Assembly: GCA_937124615.1 (NCBI GenBank)
Contig: CAKZKR010000097.1
Span: forward strand, 8,697-72,696
Source: an uncultured bacterium
Lineage (GTDB): Bacteria; Hydrogenedentota; Hydrogenedentia; Hydrogenedentales; Hydrogenedentaceae
DNA: 64,000 nucleotides
Reading direction: 5' to 3'
How positions within the stretch are numbered: the stretch's first letter is position 1; every line of letters starts with the position of its first letter. This document shows, piece by piece, positions 48,388-58,129 of this stretch. The translations under genes and the position numbers were made by a program. The notes under the pieces were generated by a model. That model made no database searches. It was not told where the DNA came from and saw only the letters and a program-made list of their open reading frames with translations.

Positions 48388-49512
48388 ATGAAAAGAAGAG
48401 TTTTTCTGCAACGGTTATGTACAGCAATTCCATTGTTTAAAGGAATAGAATCAGTTTCTTCAGGAGAAGCGGGAATTCAAGAGGGAGAAAAGATAAACGA
48501 GCAATCAGATGCAAATAGTACAAAAGAAAATAATATTTGGAGGAGGTTTTTTGGTTTTAATTTGCTAAATTACTTTATGGTTCATGGGAAAAAGCCATTC
48601 GAAGAGGAGGAATTTGCCCTTATTCATCGCTTAGGATTTAATTTTGTACGATTGCCAATGGATTATCGTTGCTGGACCGATGAGAAGTCTCTATATCAGG
48701 TACGAGAAGAAGATTTAAAAGAGATAGATAAAGCCATAGAATTTGGAGAAAAGTATGGTACACATGTTTGTTTGAATTTTCATCGTGCACCCGGGTGGAC
48801 AGTAGCAAAACCGGAGGAACCAATGAATTTATGGGAAGAGGAAGAGGCACAAAAAATTTGTGGTTACCATTGGCAAATATTCACTAAACGATATAAAAAC
48901 GTTTCCCCAACAAAATTGAGTTTTAATTTGTTAAATGAGCCGGGAACTATATCTGCAGAAAAACATAAGACAGTTATAGGTAAGTTATTAGATGCTATTC
49001 GGAGCATAGATGAAAAAAGGACGGTTCATTGTGATGGAAGATTTTGGGGGGCTTTGCCTCCTATTGAACTTTCTGATTTAGGAATTGTTGCTAACTTGCA
49101 TATGTACCAACCTTTTCCAATTACCCATTATAAAGCATCATGGGCTGGCAAATGGGAAAATGTTCCTGTTCCTGATTATCCTTATAAGGAGGGGGAATTT
49201 ATGTGGAATAAAGAAGGTATTCGAGAGAGAATTATAAAACCATGGAAGAACCTTGAAGATAGAGGGGTCCCTGTTTTTGTTGGTGAATTTGGAGCATTTA
49301 ATCAAACTCCTCATAGAGCGGTAATGCTATGGTTGGAGGATACCCTGGATTTGTTTGGAGAGCTGGGATGGGGATGGTCTATGTGGAACTTTATGGGTGC
49401 CTTTGGACCAATTAATTCTGGTAGGAGTGATGTCGTATATGAAGATTGGGAAGGACATAAGATTGACAGGCAAATGTTAAACTTGCTTCAGAGGTTTTCA
49501 AGTAAAAAGTAG
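48388..49512 (+). CDS. GH5 (cellulase family) glycoside hydrolase with a Tat-like signal
   Basis: MKRRVFLQ, GFN, FNFVRLP, NLLNEP acid/base, HMY and VGEFG nucleophile. Confidence 0.9.
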   Translation: MKRRVFLQRLCTAIPLFKGIESVSSGEAGIQEGEKINEQSDANSTKENNIWRRFFGFNLLNYFMVHGKKPFEEEEFALIHRLGFNFVRLPMDYRCWTDEKSLYQVREEDLKEIDKAIEFGEKYGTHVCLNFHRAPGWTVAKPEEPMNLWEEEEAQKICGYHWQIFTKRYKNVSPTKLSFNLLNEPGTISAEKHKTVIGKLLDAIRSIDEKRTVHCDGRFWGALPPIELSDLGIVANLHMYQPFPITHYKASWAGKWENVPVPDYPYKEGEFMWNKEGIRERIIKPWKNLEDRGVPVFVGEFGAFNQTPHRAVMLWLEDTLDLFGELGWGWSMWNFMGAFGPINSGRSDVVYEDWEGHKIDRQMLNLLQRFSSKK

Positions 49513-49570
49513 TTGGTTAAAAATCTATTTATGTAAGTGGGCTATATAACAGGATAGAAAGGAAAGAGAA

Positions 49571-51568
49571 ATGGAGAGATTATTTTTTATGCGAGTATAT
49601 ACCTTTATTCTTCTTATTATCTTTTCTTTTCCAATGTATTCGGAAGATGTTCCCTATTATCTTGATGAAGATTGGGAATCATTAAGTCCCAATTGGACGG
49701 ATGGGGTTATAACATCTATTGTTGCTGATAATAGCGGCAATTTATATTGTGGAGGTTCTTTTACCACGATAAATGGTGTGTCTATAAAACGAGTAGCCCG
49801 ATGGAACGGAACGCAATGGCAGACGATGGGGGGTGGTTTTGATAATGGTGCGGTAGAGAAAATGGCTATAACAACGGTAGGGACGATTTATGCTGTGGGT
49901 TCTTTTACCCGTTCGGGAATGACACAATTGAATCGAGTTGCGAAGTGGAATGGTTCAAGTTGGACTGCTGTGGGCAGTGGCTTTAATGATGTCGTATATA
50001 CAGTAACTGTGAGGAGTGATGGGGTTGTCTTTGTTGGAGGGAAATTTACACAATCGGGTTCAACAGCGATAAATCGGATCGCATATTGGAATGGTTCCCA
50101 ATGGGTAGAACCGTATTCTGGTGTCAGTGGAGGTCTTTCTCCTTATGTTTTATCTCTAACATCAGATTCTGCTGGAAATATTTATGTGGGAGGACAGTTT
50201 CAGTATGCGGGGGCATTTTCTGCCTCTAATATAGCGAAATGGGATGGAACACAATGGTCTTCTCTTGGCAGTGGTACTAATGGACCTGTGTATTCTCTGG
50301 CTGTGGATGAAACAGGAAAGTTGTATGTTGGAGGGAATTTTACCAGGGCGGGAGGAGTTGATGTAAATAATATTGCAATTTGGAATGGTTCATCGTGGAG
50401 TTCTTTGATGGGGGGAGCGAATGGGATAATTTTTTCAATTGTGCCGCAAACGGCACAATCTGTTTTTATAGGAGGTAATTTTTCTTATGTGGGGGGAGGG
50501 GTGAGTTCTAATGGATTAGCATGGTGGTATTCTAATAACTGGCGAAGTGTAACCTCAGGAGTAAGTGGTTCGAATAAAGAAATCAGGGGGTTAATATTAG
50601 ATACGCAAGGGAATCTGTGTGTATGCGGAGATTTTTATATGGCGGGCGGAAATATAAGTTATAAAGTTGCGAGGTTAAAGCGTCCTCCTGTGTTTACCTT
50701 AGTTTATACGGCTGGTATAGGGGGGCGTATCTCTGGAAATTTGATACAGAGTGTGATGCGTGGGAACAATGGAACTGAGGTGATAGCAGTTCCTGATAGC
50801 GGGTATCAGTTTGATCGTTGGTCTGATGGTTTATTGTCGGCGAACAGGGTGGATATAAATGTAACAGAGAATAAGAACATAGTCGCATATTTTATTGTGT
50901 TAAGCGAGGGTTATTTTGAAGGGGAAGGGAGTATGGAGGGAGTCTCAGAGGGAAGTGTAGAAGGAATTTCCGAAGGGGAAGGGTTCGTGGAAGGTATAAT
51001 GGAAGGTATTCCAGAGGGAGTTGAAGAGGGGACGATAGAGGGTGAAGGGAGTGTAGAAGGTATTCCAGAGGGAGTTGAAGAGGGAATAATAGAGGGTGAG
51101 GGAATCATGGAAGGTGTTCTTGAAGGTAATTATGAAGGGACGATAGAAGGTGAAGGGAATATAGAAGGAGAGATGAATTTTAGAGCATGGATAGAGGGGG
51201 ATACATATATTCATAAAGTTGTAGGTGAAACACATACTTTTTCTGTTTCTGTTGAAGGCTCATATGGAGAGGTTTTTTATGAATGGTATTATTGTAAAGA
51301 TTTCTTGTGTTTAAATCCTTTGAGAATTACAAATGTAATTGGTCAGGAGTTGAGTTTGGAGGATTTGTCTATTGAGGATTCGGGCTGGTATTGGTGTCAG
51401 GTGTCGGACTATCGGGATGTGGTAGAGACACAGAAAGTTTATTTGTATGTCTCGTACGGATTAAGTGTAGGTATCGTTCCATTTGTATGTATTGTACTTG
51501 TTGTATCTTTTGTTTTTACACTTCAAAGAAACAAAATGTTTAGTAAATGTGATAAATGCTCTTATTGA
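49571..51568 (+). CDS. Cell-surface protein: beta-propeller repeats, InlB-B-like repeat, EG acidic stalk, Ig-like domain, C-terminal TM anchor
   Basis: Repeated (IA)xWNGxxWxxxGxG.NG.V units, AVPDSGYQFDRWSDG, EG repeats, DSGWYWC.V and a terminal hydrophobic helix with a basic tail. Confidence 0.85.
   Translation: MERLFFMRVYTFILLIIFSFPMYSEDVPYYLDEDWESLSPNWTDGVITSIVADNSGNLYCGGSFTTINGVSIKRVARWNGTQWQTMGGGFDNGAVEKMAITTVGTIYAVGSFTRSGMTQLNRVAKWNGSSWTAVGSGFNDVVYTVTVRSDGVVFVGGKFTQSGSTAINRIAYWNGSQWVEPYSGVSGGLSPYVLSLTSDSAGNIYVGGQFQYAGAFSASNIAKWDGTQWSSLGSGTNGPVYSLAVDETGKLYVGGNFTRAGGVDVNNIAIWNGSSWSSLMGGANGIIFSIVPQTAQSVFIGGNFSYVGGGVSSNGLAWWYSNNWRSVTSGVSGSNKEIRGLILDTQGNLCVCGDFYMAGGNISYKVARLKRPPVFTLVYTAGIGGRISGNLIQSVMRGNNGTEVIAVPDSGYQFDRWSDGLLSANRVDINVTENKNIVAYFIVLSEGYFEGEGSMEGVSEGSVEGISEGEGFVEGIMEGIPEGVEEGTIEGEGSVEGIPEGVEEGIIEGEGIMEGVLEGNYEGTIEGEGNIEGEMNFRAWIEGDTYIHKVVGETHTFSVSVEGSYGEVFYEWYYCKDFLCLNPLRITNVIGQELSLEDLSIEDSGWYWCQVSDYRDVVETQKVYLYVSYGLSVGIVPFVCIVLVVSFVFTLQRNKMFSKCDKCSY
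50906..51172 (+). repeat. Glu-Gly coding repeats, including two near-identical 54-nt units at 51002-51109
   Basis: EGIPEGVEEGTIEGEGSV followed by EGIPEGVEEGIIEGEGIM. Confidence 0.9.
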
Positions 51569-51600
51569 GAGTAACAACAAATATAGATGGAGACTCTTGT

Positions 51601-54003
51601 ATGGGAAGATATTTTCTTTTGAGAGTATGCCTATTGTGTATTTTACTGCTTCTCAGATTGATCGCCAATGCGGAAGTGGATAATTCTTTTTGGGAATTGA
51701 AGGATTTTAAAATTTTCCTTATTGGAGATGAAAAAAATGAAGTATTAAATAGTGCGGTTCGAGTTCTTCTTGAGGAAGTTGAGAAACGAACCCATGTTAC
51801 TTTAGAAAAATCTCAGGGACTTTTTCCCAATTCGGACTGTATATTATTGACGGATATTAATTCTCTAAAGAAATCAGATGTTTTTAAGGAATATTCAGAA
51901 TCTTTTGCAAAAGACAGATTGCATGGGCTTAAACCCGAAGGTTTCGTTATCCTTAGTGAACAAGTTCAAAACGGGAATTTTAGAATTTGGATTATAGGAT
52001 GTGATAAGCGGGGAATTTTATTTGGTGTGGGGAAATTATTACGAATGATGATTTATTCTCCGAATTCACTGAAAATAAAAACTCCTTTGGATATTATAGA
52101 AGTTCCTGTATCCCCTATACGAGGGCATCAATTGGGGTATCGAGCAAAGGCAAATTCTTATGATGCGTGGACTGTGGAACAATATGAACAATATATACGG
52201 GAATTGACATTTTTTGGTGTTAATAGTATTGAGAACATTCCATTTCAAGATGAACGAGAAGCATCTTTAATGCCTGTTTCCCGGAAGGAAATGAACCGTG
52301 CTATAAGTGAAATATGTAAAAGGTATGGGTTGGATTACTGGGTTTGGACACCTGCAGATTTTGATTTGAAAGATAAGGAGAAACGGGAGAATATGCTGAA
52401 AAGGCACGAGGAATTATATAAAGATTGTCCTGCTTTAACGGGGGTATTTTTCCCGGGAGGGGATCCGGGAGATAATTCACCGGAATTGGTTATGCCATTT
52501 TTGGAGGATTTGTCAAAATTATTAATTCCCATACATCCGGATGCGAAGATATGGTTATCATTGCAAGGGTTTTCAACAACACAGGCGAAATTTGTTTTTG
52601 ATTATTTAAAGAATAAAAAACCTGAATGGATGGGAGGGCTTTGTGAAGGTCCTTCCAGTCCTCCTATAGCATATTTGCGACAGAATTTACCAGAGGAATA
52701 CAAACTGCGAATGTATCCGGATATAACACATAATAAACTTTGTCAGTATCCTGTGCCCTGGTGGGATATTGCATTTTCGTCTGTGATTGGGAGGGAAGGA
52801 ATTAATCCACGACCTATTCAGTATGCCTATATTCATAATTGGTTTCAACCTTACTGTAATGGTTTTATTACTTATTCGGATGGTGTTCATGATGATATAA
52901 ATAAAGTGATTTGGAGTGCAATGGGATGGAATCCTGAACAGAAGGTTCGTGATGTATTAATTGAATATTCTAATGTATTTTTTAGTACGGATATTGCGGA
53001 ATTGGCAGCGGAAGGAATTTTAGCGTTGGAAAACAACTGGCGTGGGAGTATTGTAGATAATGGGGCGATTGAAGGGACTTTGAAGTTATGGCAGGAGTTA
53101 GAACAAGAAGCCCCAGAGTTGCGGGACAATTGGAGATGGCAGATGTGTTTGGTTCGTGCTTATTATGATGCTTATATTCGGAGAAAGGTGATTTATGAGC
53201 AAGATCTGGAAGAAGAGGTAAATCAGATATTACGCGATGTAGAAAAAATAGGAACCGAAAAAGCAATACAGGAATCGATGGTTATTTTGAATAGAACAAT
53301 AACAGATCCTATTGGAATAGATTTGAAAGAAAAAATTATAGATTTATATGATGCATTATTTAAAAGTATAGGCTTGCAATCGAGTGTAGAGAAGTATAAA
53401 GCCAGTGGAGGAGAAAGGGGAGCCTCGTTAGATTACATTGATATTCCTTTAAATAACCGCTGGTGGTTAGAAGATCAGTTTAATGAAATACGACAATTAA
53501 ATTCGGAGGGAGAAAAGGTAAATCGATTAAAGGCTATTGGTTTTTGGGAGACTCCTGGATATGGTTCTTTTTATGATGATGTTGGGAATACAGCGAAATC
53601 ACCTCATATAAAAAGGTGTGAGATTCGTTATACAAATCCTGCGGAAGAGGCATGGCAAGAACCTACTTTATGGTGGTTTGATAATGGTAAGAGTAGAAAA
53701 CGAATTTCATGGTTGAGTTCATTAGAACATGGCGAGGCTTTATACCAAGGATTGGAGGCTGGATCTCAATATATACTTCGTATTACAGGTTTTGGAAAAC
53801 CACATATTATAATTGATGAGAGGAAATTAGATAGCCTTGACGAAAAGGGAATAGAATTGGGTGAGTTTAAAGAGTATGTTGTCCCTTTGGATTGTGTTGA
53901 GGATAGAGAAATTACTGTGAAATGGACACTTCCAGTGGACGATTTAAAAAAGAATTGGAGACAGCAATCCCGGATTTGTGAGATGTGGCTACTAAAACAA
54001 TAG
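51601..54003 (+). CDS. Large exported hypothetical protein with a GH20/GH67-like N-terminal domain
   Basis: GGAG RBS before ATG 51601, signal peptide. L.PEGF.I...I.I.G.D.RG.LFGVG.LLR, followed by P...RG.QLGYR. Confidence 0.65.
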   Translation: MGRYFLLRVCLLCILLLLRLIANAEVDNSFWELKDFKIFLIGDEKNEVLNSAVRVLLEEVEKRTHVTLEKSQGLFPNSDCILLTDINSLKKSDVFKEYSESFAKDRLHGLKPEGFVILSEQVQNGNFRIWIIGCDKRGILFGVGKLLRMMIYSPNSLKIKTPLDIIEVPVSPIRGHQLGYRAKANSYDAWTVEQYEQYIRELTFFGVNSIENIPFQDEREASLMPVSRKEMNRAISEICKRYGLDYWVWTPADFDLKDKEKRENMLKRHEELYKDCPALTGVFFPGGDPGDNSPELVMPFLEDLSKLLIPIHPDAKIWLSLQGFSTTQAKFVFDYLKNKKPEWMGGLCEGPSSPPIAYLRQNLPEEYKLRMYPDITHNKLCQYPVPWWDIAFSSVIGREGINPRPIQYAYIHNWFQPYCNGFITYSDGVHDDINKVIWSAMGWNPEQKVRDVLIEYSNVFFSTDIAELAAEGILALENNWRGSIVDNGAIEGTLKLWQELEQEAPELRDNWRWQMCLVRAYYDAYIRRKVIYEQDLEEEVNQILRDVEKIGTEKAIQESMVILNRTITDPIGIDLKEKIIDLYDALFKSIGLQSSVEKYKASGGERGASLDYIDIPLNNRWWLEDQFNEIRQLNSEGEKVNRLKAIGFWETPGYGSFYDDVGNTAKSPHIKRCEIRYTNPAEEAWQEPTLWWFDNGKSRKRISWLSSLEHGEALYQGLEAGSQYILRITGFGKPHIIIDERKLDSLDEKGIELGEFKEYVVPLDCVEDREITVKWTLPVDDLKKNWRQQSRICEMWLLKQ

Positions 54004-54079
54004 AACGAAATTAAGTGTAAGTGGATATATAATTATAGTATTATTACCTTGTTTGATAGTGGAAAAAAGGAAATTGCCT

Positions 54080-54217
54080 ATGTTTGATATGAAAGAAATT
54101 ATTAAGCAGACCGGAAGTGATGGGGACGATTATCTTTATATTACACCCACTACGATTATAATGTGGTTTATCGGTTTATTTTTGGTAATATTTGCAGCTA
54201 TCAATGGTTTTTTTTAG
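54080..54217 (+). CDS. 45-aa small membrane protein (not in the ORF track)
   Basis: AAAGGA RBS 8 nt upstream. MFDMKEIIKQTGSDGDDYLYITPTTIIMWFIGLFLVIFAAINGFF. Confidence 0.6.
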   Translation: MFDMKEIIKQTGSDGDDYLYITPTTIIMWFIGLFLVIFAAINGFF

Positions 54218-54544
54218 TTACTAAGATGCCTATATTTTTCCCCTCGATATGAATCTTTTGTAGAGTTATCTTATTGCTCAGATAGATGAAAAACACAAAA
54301 GGACTTTCCTTTCCTTTCCTTTCTCTAAATTCGATTTGTTTTTTGTAGTTGTGAAAAACAGTTTTTAATCTAACTACTTTAGGATGATGTTTTGTTCCAT
54401 TTTTTGTAGTCGTATTATTAAAAATCCTTAAATTATTTATACAGGGGCTAGATGGTTGGAAATAATTTGTAATGATGTAGTGGTTTAATTGTATTTAAGG
54501 GTAAATTATATAGGTGTTTAATATAAGAAGAAAGGGACAAAGAA

Positions 54545-55855
54545 GTGAAAAGAAGATTGTTGTATGTTGATTGTTTAAGGGGTTTTTTTATTGTTTATAT
54601 TTTATGGCTTCATGCGTTTAATGCGGTTGTGTATAACAACAATCCACAATCGATTGAAAATGCAAATCCATGGATATTTGTTGTTTTTGCTCCATTAGTT
54701 ATTTTAGCTACATGGGCTCCTATTTTTGTCATGTTATCCGGGACGGCCCATGCCTATACAATGCATCAAAATTTATTGAGATATAAAGATGTAAGTCGAA
54801 TAACACCTGAATTAAATAGATTGCTTCTGGGTGGGTTGGTGAATTCTTTTCTTCTTATTTGCTATTCCTTTATCAATATGATTTTTTTTCATCATCGCAT
54901 GCCGTTTAATGGTCGTTTTTATGAGACCTTAATAACGGGGCTTATATGGAAGGGAAATTTCCCTGATTTTTCGATAGATATTCTTTTTTATACAGATGCA
55001 TTGGGCAATATAGGAATAAGTTTGTTTTTCCTTCATATTACTTTGTATTCGCTATGGCAAACGGGCGAATTGTTTGACCGTAGGTACACCTTTCGTGTGT
55101 TGACGGGTATTGCTTTAACATTGTTGTTTATTTCTCCTTCAATACATCGTGCATTGGACGGTATTTTTTATCAGGCAATACAAGAAGAACGATGGGGTTT
55201 GGCATGGCTATTAAAATTTTTATTGGGTTCTTTGCCCAATATGGCCTACGGTTATTTAGGGGCTGTGTTTGGAATAGCACTGTCTGAAAGGATCGAATTG
55301 TCAAAGATACGGAGTTATGGATTTGGACTGGGAATCTCTTTTGTTATATTAGCAGGAGCACTAATTTGGATTTATGGATTAGCGCCTGTGGAATTTGCCC
55401 AATCCCCTCTTCCTTTAAAGATACAGGTACTCGATATGGGTCTGATGCTTCTCCTTGTTGCATATTTGATTGGAGTTATGGAGTATACAACTGTGGATAG
55501 GCGGGAATGGTGGATGAGACATACGACAGTACTCCGTCGGATTAGTATGGTGGCCCTTACAATATTTTTATTGGAAGGGCCTGTGGCGGTCAGTTTAGGT
55601 CGGATTTATATGTGGATAATAGGTTCACCAGCAGAGTTTCCTAAGAATCCCGTGTTCATTATACCTTTTATTTTATTGGTATTGTTATTCTGGTATGGTA
55701 TTGTAAGATTTTGGGAACGGTTGGATTTCAAGTATGGAGCGGAATGGTTGTCTGTGCAGATTGTGGGTTGGGTAAAACGAAAGAAATCTGTGCGGTTAGA
55801 CCCCTCTCATACTTTATACTTGAAAACAGAACTTCAGGGAAGCCAGGAAGAATAA
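54545..55855 (+). CDS. Polytopic membrane protein, DUF1624/HGSNAT-acyltransferase-like
   Basis: N-terminal R...D.LRG......H motif, F..LSG and about 10 TM segments. Confidence 0.6.
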   Translation: MKRRLLYVDCLRGFFIVYILWLHAFNAVVYNNNPQSIENANPWIFVVFAPLVILATWAPIFVMLSGTAHAYTMHQNLLRYKDVSRITPELNRLLLGGLVNSFLLICYSFINMIFFHHRMPFNGRFYETLITGLIWKGNFPDFSIDILFYTDALGNIGISLFFLHITLYSLWQTGELFDRRYTFRVLTGIALTLLFISPSIHRALDGIFYQAIQEERWGLAWLLKFLLGSLPNMAYGYLGAVFGIALSERIELSKIRSYGFGLGISFVILAGALIWIYGLAPVEFAQSPLPLKIQVLDMGLMLLLVAYLIGVMEYTTVDRREWWMRHTTVLRRISMVALTIFLLEGPVAVSLGRIYMWIIGSPAEFPKNPVFIIPFILLVLLFWYGIVRFWERLDFKYGAEWLSVQIVGWVKRKKSVRLDPSHTLYLKTELQGSQEE

Positions 55856-56047
55856 ATGCTGTTGGAAAAGACCGGTTTCTGTTCTATTAAAATTTTGTAG
55901 TTAAATTTTTGTTAGAGGGGATAAAGTAAGTACCTGTGGGTAATGTTATGGTATTTGGGGGATTGTATTAATAAGACAAAGTTCTAATAATTCTGTAAAA
56001 CTTTAATGCGTAAAAAAAGACTGAATTTTGTACTATTTATTTAAATA

Positions 56048-56425
56048 CTATTGTTCTTCGGTGTCTAATTCTTCTTCGATGGGTTCGGTCTCTTCCGTAA
56101 GAATTTCTTCCGGAGGTAGTTCTTCCTCTTCAATAGGTAGTTCTTCATCTTCTAAAATGGGGATATCAGAAACACCGAAATCGTCCATATCTTCATCCTG
56201 AGCATAACCTTCGGGAAATTCAATGTCCCCTTCATCTTCAACAAGTCGTGGTTTTCTTCGTATTTTGGGAGCAGATGTGATCTGGTCACTGCTTATGCCA
56301 ATGCGTTCTAATTGAACATCATGACAATTGGGACATTTAAAGTTAAATTTTTGGGCACCCCATTCTACAAATTTTTTTCCACATTGAGGGCAAATGTATT
56401 TAATTGTTGGCATAGAAGAAAACAC
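56048..56425 (-). CDS. Zinc-ribbon protein with an acidic tail (FYDLN-acid-like architecture)
   Basis: CPQC..F..W......CPNC, basic linker, D/E-rich C-terminus. Start may be ATG 56413. Confidence 0.7.
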   Translation of the reverse strand: MFSSMPTIKYICPQCGKKFVEWGAQKFNFKCPNCHDVQLERIGISSDQITSAPKIRRKPRLVEDEGDIEFPEGYAQDEDMDDFGVSDIPILEDEELPIEEEELPPEEILTEETEPIEEELDTEEQ

Positions 56426-56545
56426 TTTCCTGATTTTTATTTTGTTTTTTTATATATTCCTTTTTTATAAAGTAGCGAAAAGAATATCGCAACTGAAGGG
56501 TCATTTTCAACCTCCGGAAAGCCATTTTTTTGTTTATTTGAAAAT

Positions 56546-56574
56546 TTGAGAAATGGGGAATAAAAGGGTATAAT
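56546..56574 (+). promoter_or_regulatory. Sigma70 promoter of dinB
   Basis: TTGAGA-17-TATAAT. Confidence 0.8.
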
Positions 56575-56602
56575 TATATAGTGAAAAAACATTCACTATA
56601 TA
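56575..56602. promoter_or_regulatory. Operator-like palindrome TATATAGTGAA-N6-TTCACTATATA
   Basis: Perfect 11-bp arms between the -10 box and the AAGGAG RBS of dinB. Confidence 0.7.
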
Positions 56603-56617
56603 GTAAGGAGTATGTGA

Positions 56618-57790
56618 ATGAAATCACGGATATTGCATGTGGATATGGATGCCTTTTTTGCTTCCGTAGAACAGGCGGAGCAGGTGGAATTTCGGGGAAG
56701 ACCTTTAGTCGTTGTGACAAAGGTAAATAGTCCGAGGGGCGTTGTATCTTCCTCTTCTTATGAAGCGAGAGCGTATGGTATTTCTGCTGGGATGCCTGTG
56801 GGAGAGGTCCGGAAGAAATGTCCTCATGTGGTTTTGGTTCCGGGAGATTATGAGAAGTATGTGCATGTTTCAGAACAAGTGGTTCGGCGGCTTGAGGAAT
56901 TTTCCCCGGAAGTGATGGTTGCATCAATTGATGAATCATTCTTAGATATTACAGGCTCTGTTCATCTATTTGGCTCGGAGGATAAACTGGCAATAAAATT
57001 GAAAAATATGTTATGGAAAGAGATGGGACTGCCATGTACGGTTGGGATTGCTTCTACTTATATTGTTTCAAAAATGGCCGTAAAGCAAGCAAAGCCTGAT
57101 GGGTATTTGTCTGTTCCATCCGGAAGAGAATTGGATTTTTTGTCTCCTTTACCTGTTCGGAGTATTCCAGGAGTGGGACCTAAAGCGGAACAAATTTTTA
57201 ATCTTTTGGGGGTATATACAATAGGTCAAATCTGGCAACTTTCTTTGGAGGAATTGGAAAAAATATTCGGACAGAGTTATGGTTTTCATATTTTTCAGTG
57301 GTCAAGGGGTTATGATGTAGAGAGGTTTACTCATACAGATTTACCCCGTGTGATTTCGAGGGAAATTACCTTTGATAAAGATCTGGTTTACTGGAGAGAT
57401 ATTGTTCCACTAGTTGTGAAACTTATGGAAGCATGTACATATGAGTTGAGACAAAAGAAGATGGAAGCCCGAAGAATTGTTTTTAAAGTTCGTTATGCAG
57501 ATTTTATTACAAAAACATTTTCATATTCTTTTCCTCGTCCTACTTTTTTTGATAATAATTTTATTCCCGCTTTATTTAGTTTAGTAGAAAAAGCCAAAGA
57601 ACGAAGATACCAGGTGCGTCTGGTTGGAGTTATGCTTTCGGAATTAACATGGACAGTGAGACAAAGTAGTCTTTTCTATTTATCAAGAGAGGAAAGAATG
57701 AATCGAGTTTTAAGAAGTATCGATGTTTTAAGAAATCGGTATGGTTTTTCATATGTTCATTGGGCATCTGCTTTAGGTGGAGAGAGGTAG
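56618..57790 (+). CDS. dinB: DNA polymerase IV (Y family)
   Basis: HVDMDAFFASVE, SSYEAR.YG, SIDESFLD, KPDG, IPGVG and a little-finger domain. Confidence 0.95.
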   Translation: MKSRILHVDMDAFFASVEQAEQVEFRGRPLVVVTKVNSPRGVVSSSSYEARAYGISAGMPVGEVRKKCPHVVLVPGDYEKYVHVSEQVVRRLEEFSPEVMVASIDESFLDITGSVHLFGSEDKLAIKLKNMLWKEMGLPCTVGIASTYIVSKMAVKQAKPDGYLSVPSGRELDFLSPLPVRSIPGVGPKAEQIFNLLGVYTIGQIWQLSLEELEKIFGQSYGFHIFQWSRGYDVERFTHTDLPRVISREITFDKDLVYWRDIVPLVVKLMEACTYELRQKKMEARRIVFKVRYADFITKTFSYSFPRPTFFDNNFIPALFSLVEKAKERRYQVRLVGVMLSELTWTVRQSSLFYLSREERMNRVLRSIDVLRNRYGFSYVHWASALGGER

Positions 57791-57985
57791 GCAATCATCA
57801 ATTAAAAATTTATTTATATTTGTTTATATTTATAACAATATAAACAACTATTATTTAACTTATAAATATATTTTTATATTTATTTATATAGTTATATATT
57901 TATGTATAAATGTTTCCAAATGCGGAGGCTTTTTGTTTTTTAAATTATTGCAATATAAAGATTTAGAGAATAAAAAAAATGTTTC

Positions 57986-58014
57986 TTGAATTTTGCTTTT
58001 TTACATGCTATATT
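57986..58014 (+). promoter_or_regulatory. Probable sigma70 promoter for the mazG-like gene and dnaA
   Basis: TTGAAT-17-TATATT with an extended -10 TG. Confidence 0.5.
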
Positions 58015-58129
58015 TATCTTTTGTTAAGAATAAATTTTATTGAGAATTTCGGGCTCTGGGGAGCTCCTGTGTTAGTGAATTATATTTGAAAAGGAAGAAG
58101 AAGATTTTTGTAGGAAAGGAAGATTTTTT

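Noticed and set aside
50906-51172. Repeats as a CRISPR array
   Set aside because: They are in-frame coding Glu-Gly repeats without unique spacers, and no cas genes are present.
54304-54323. (CTTTC)4 microsatellite as a phase-variation switch
   Set aside because: Short, intergenic and not positioned between recognisable promoter elements.
55611-55619. Perfect DnaA boxes (TGTGGATAA here; TTATCCACA at 63020-63028)
   Set aside because: Isolated and inside coding sequence, so they do not form an origin-like cluster.
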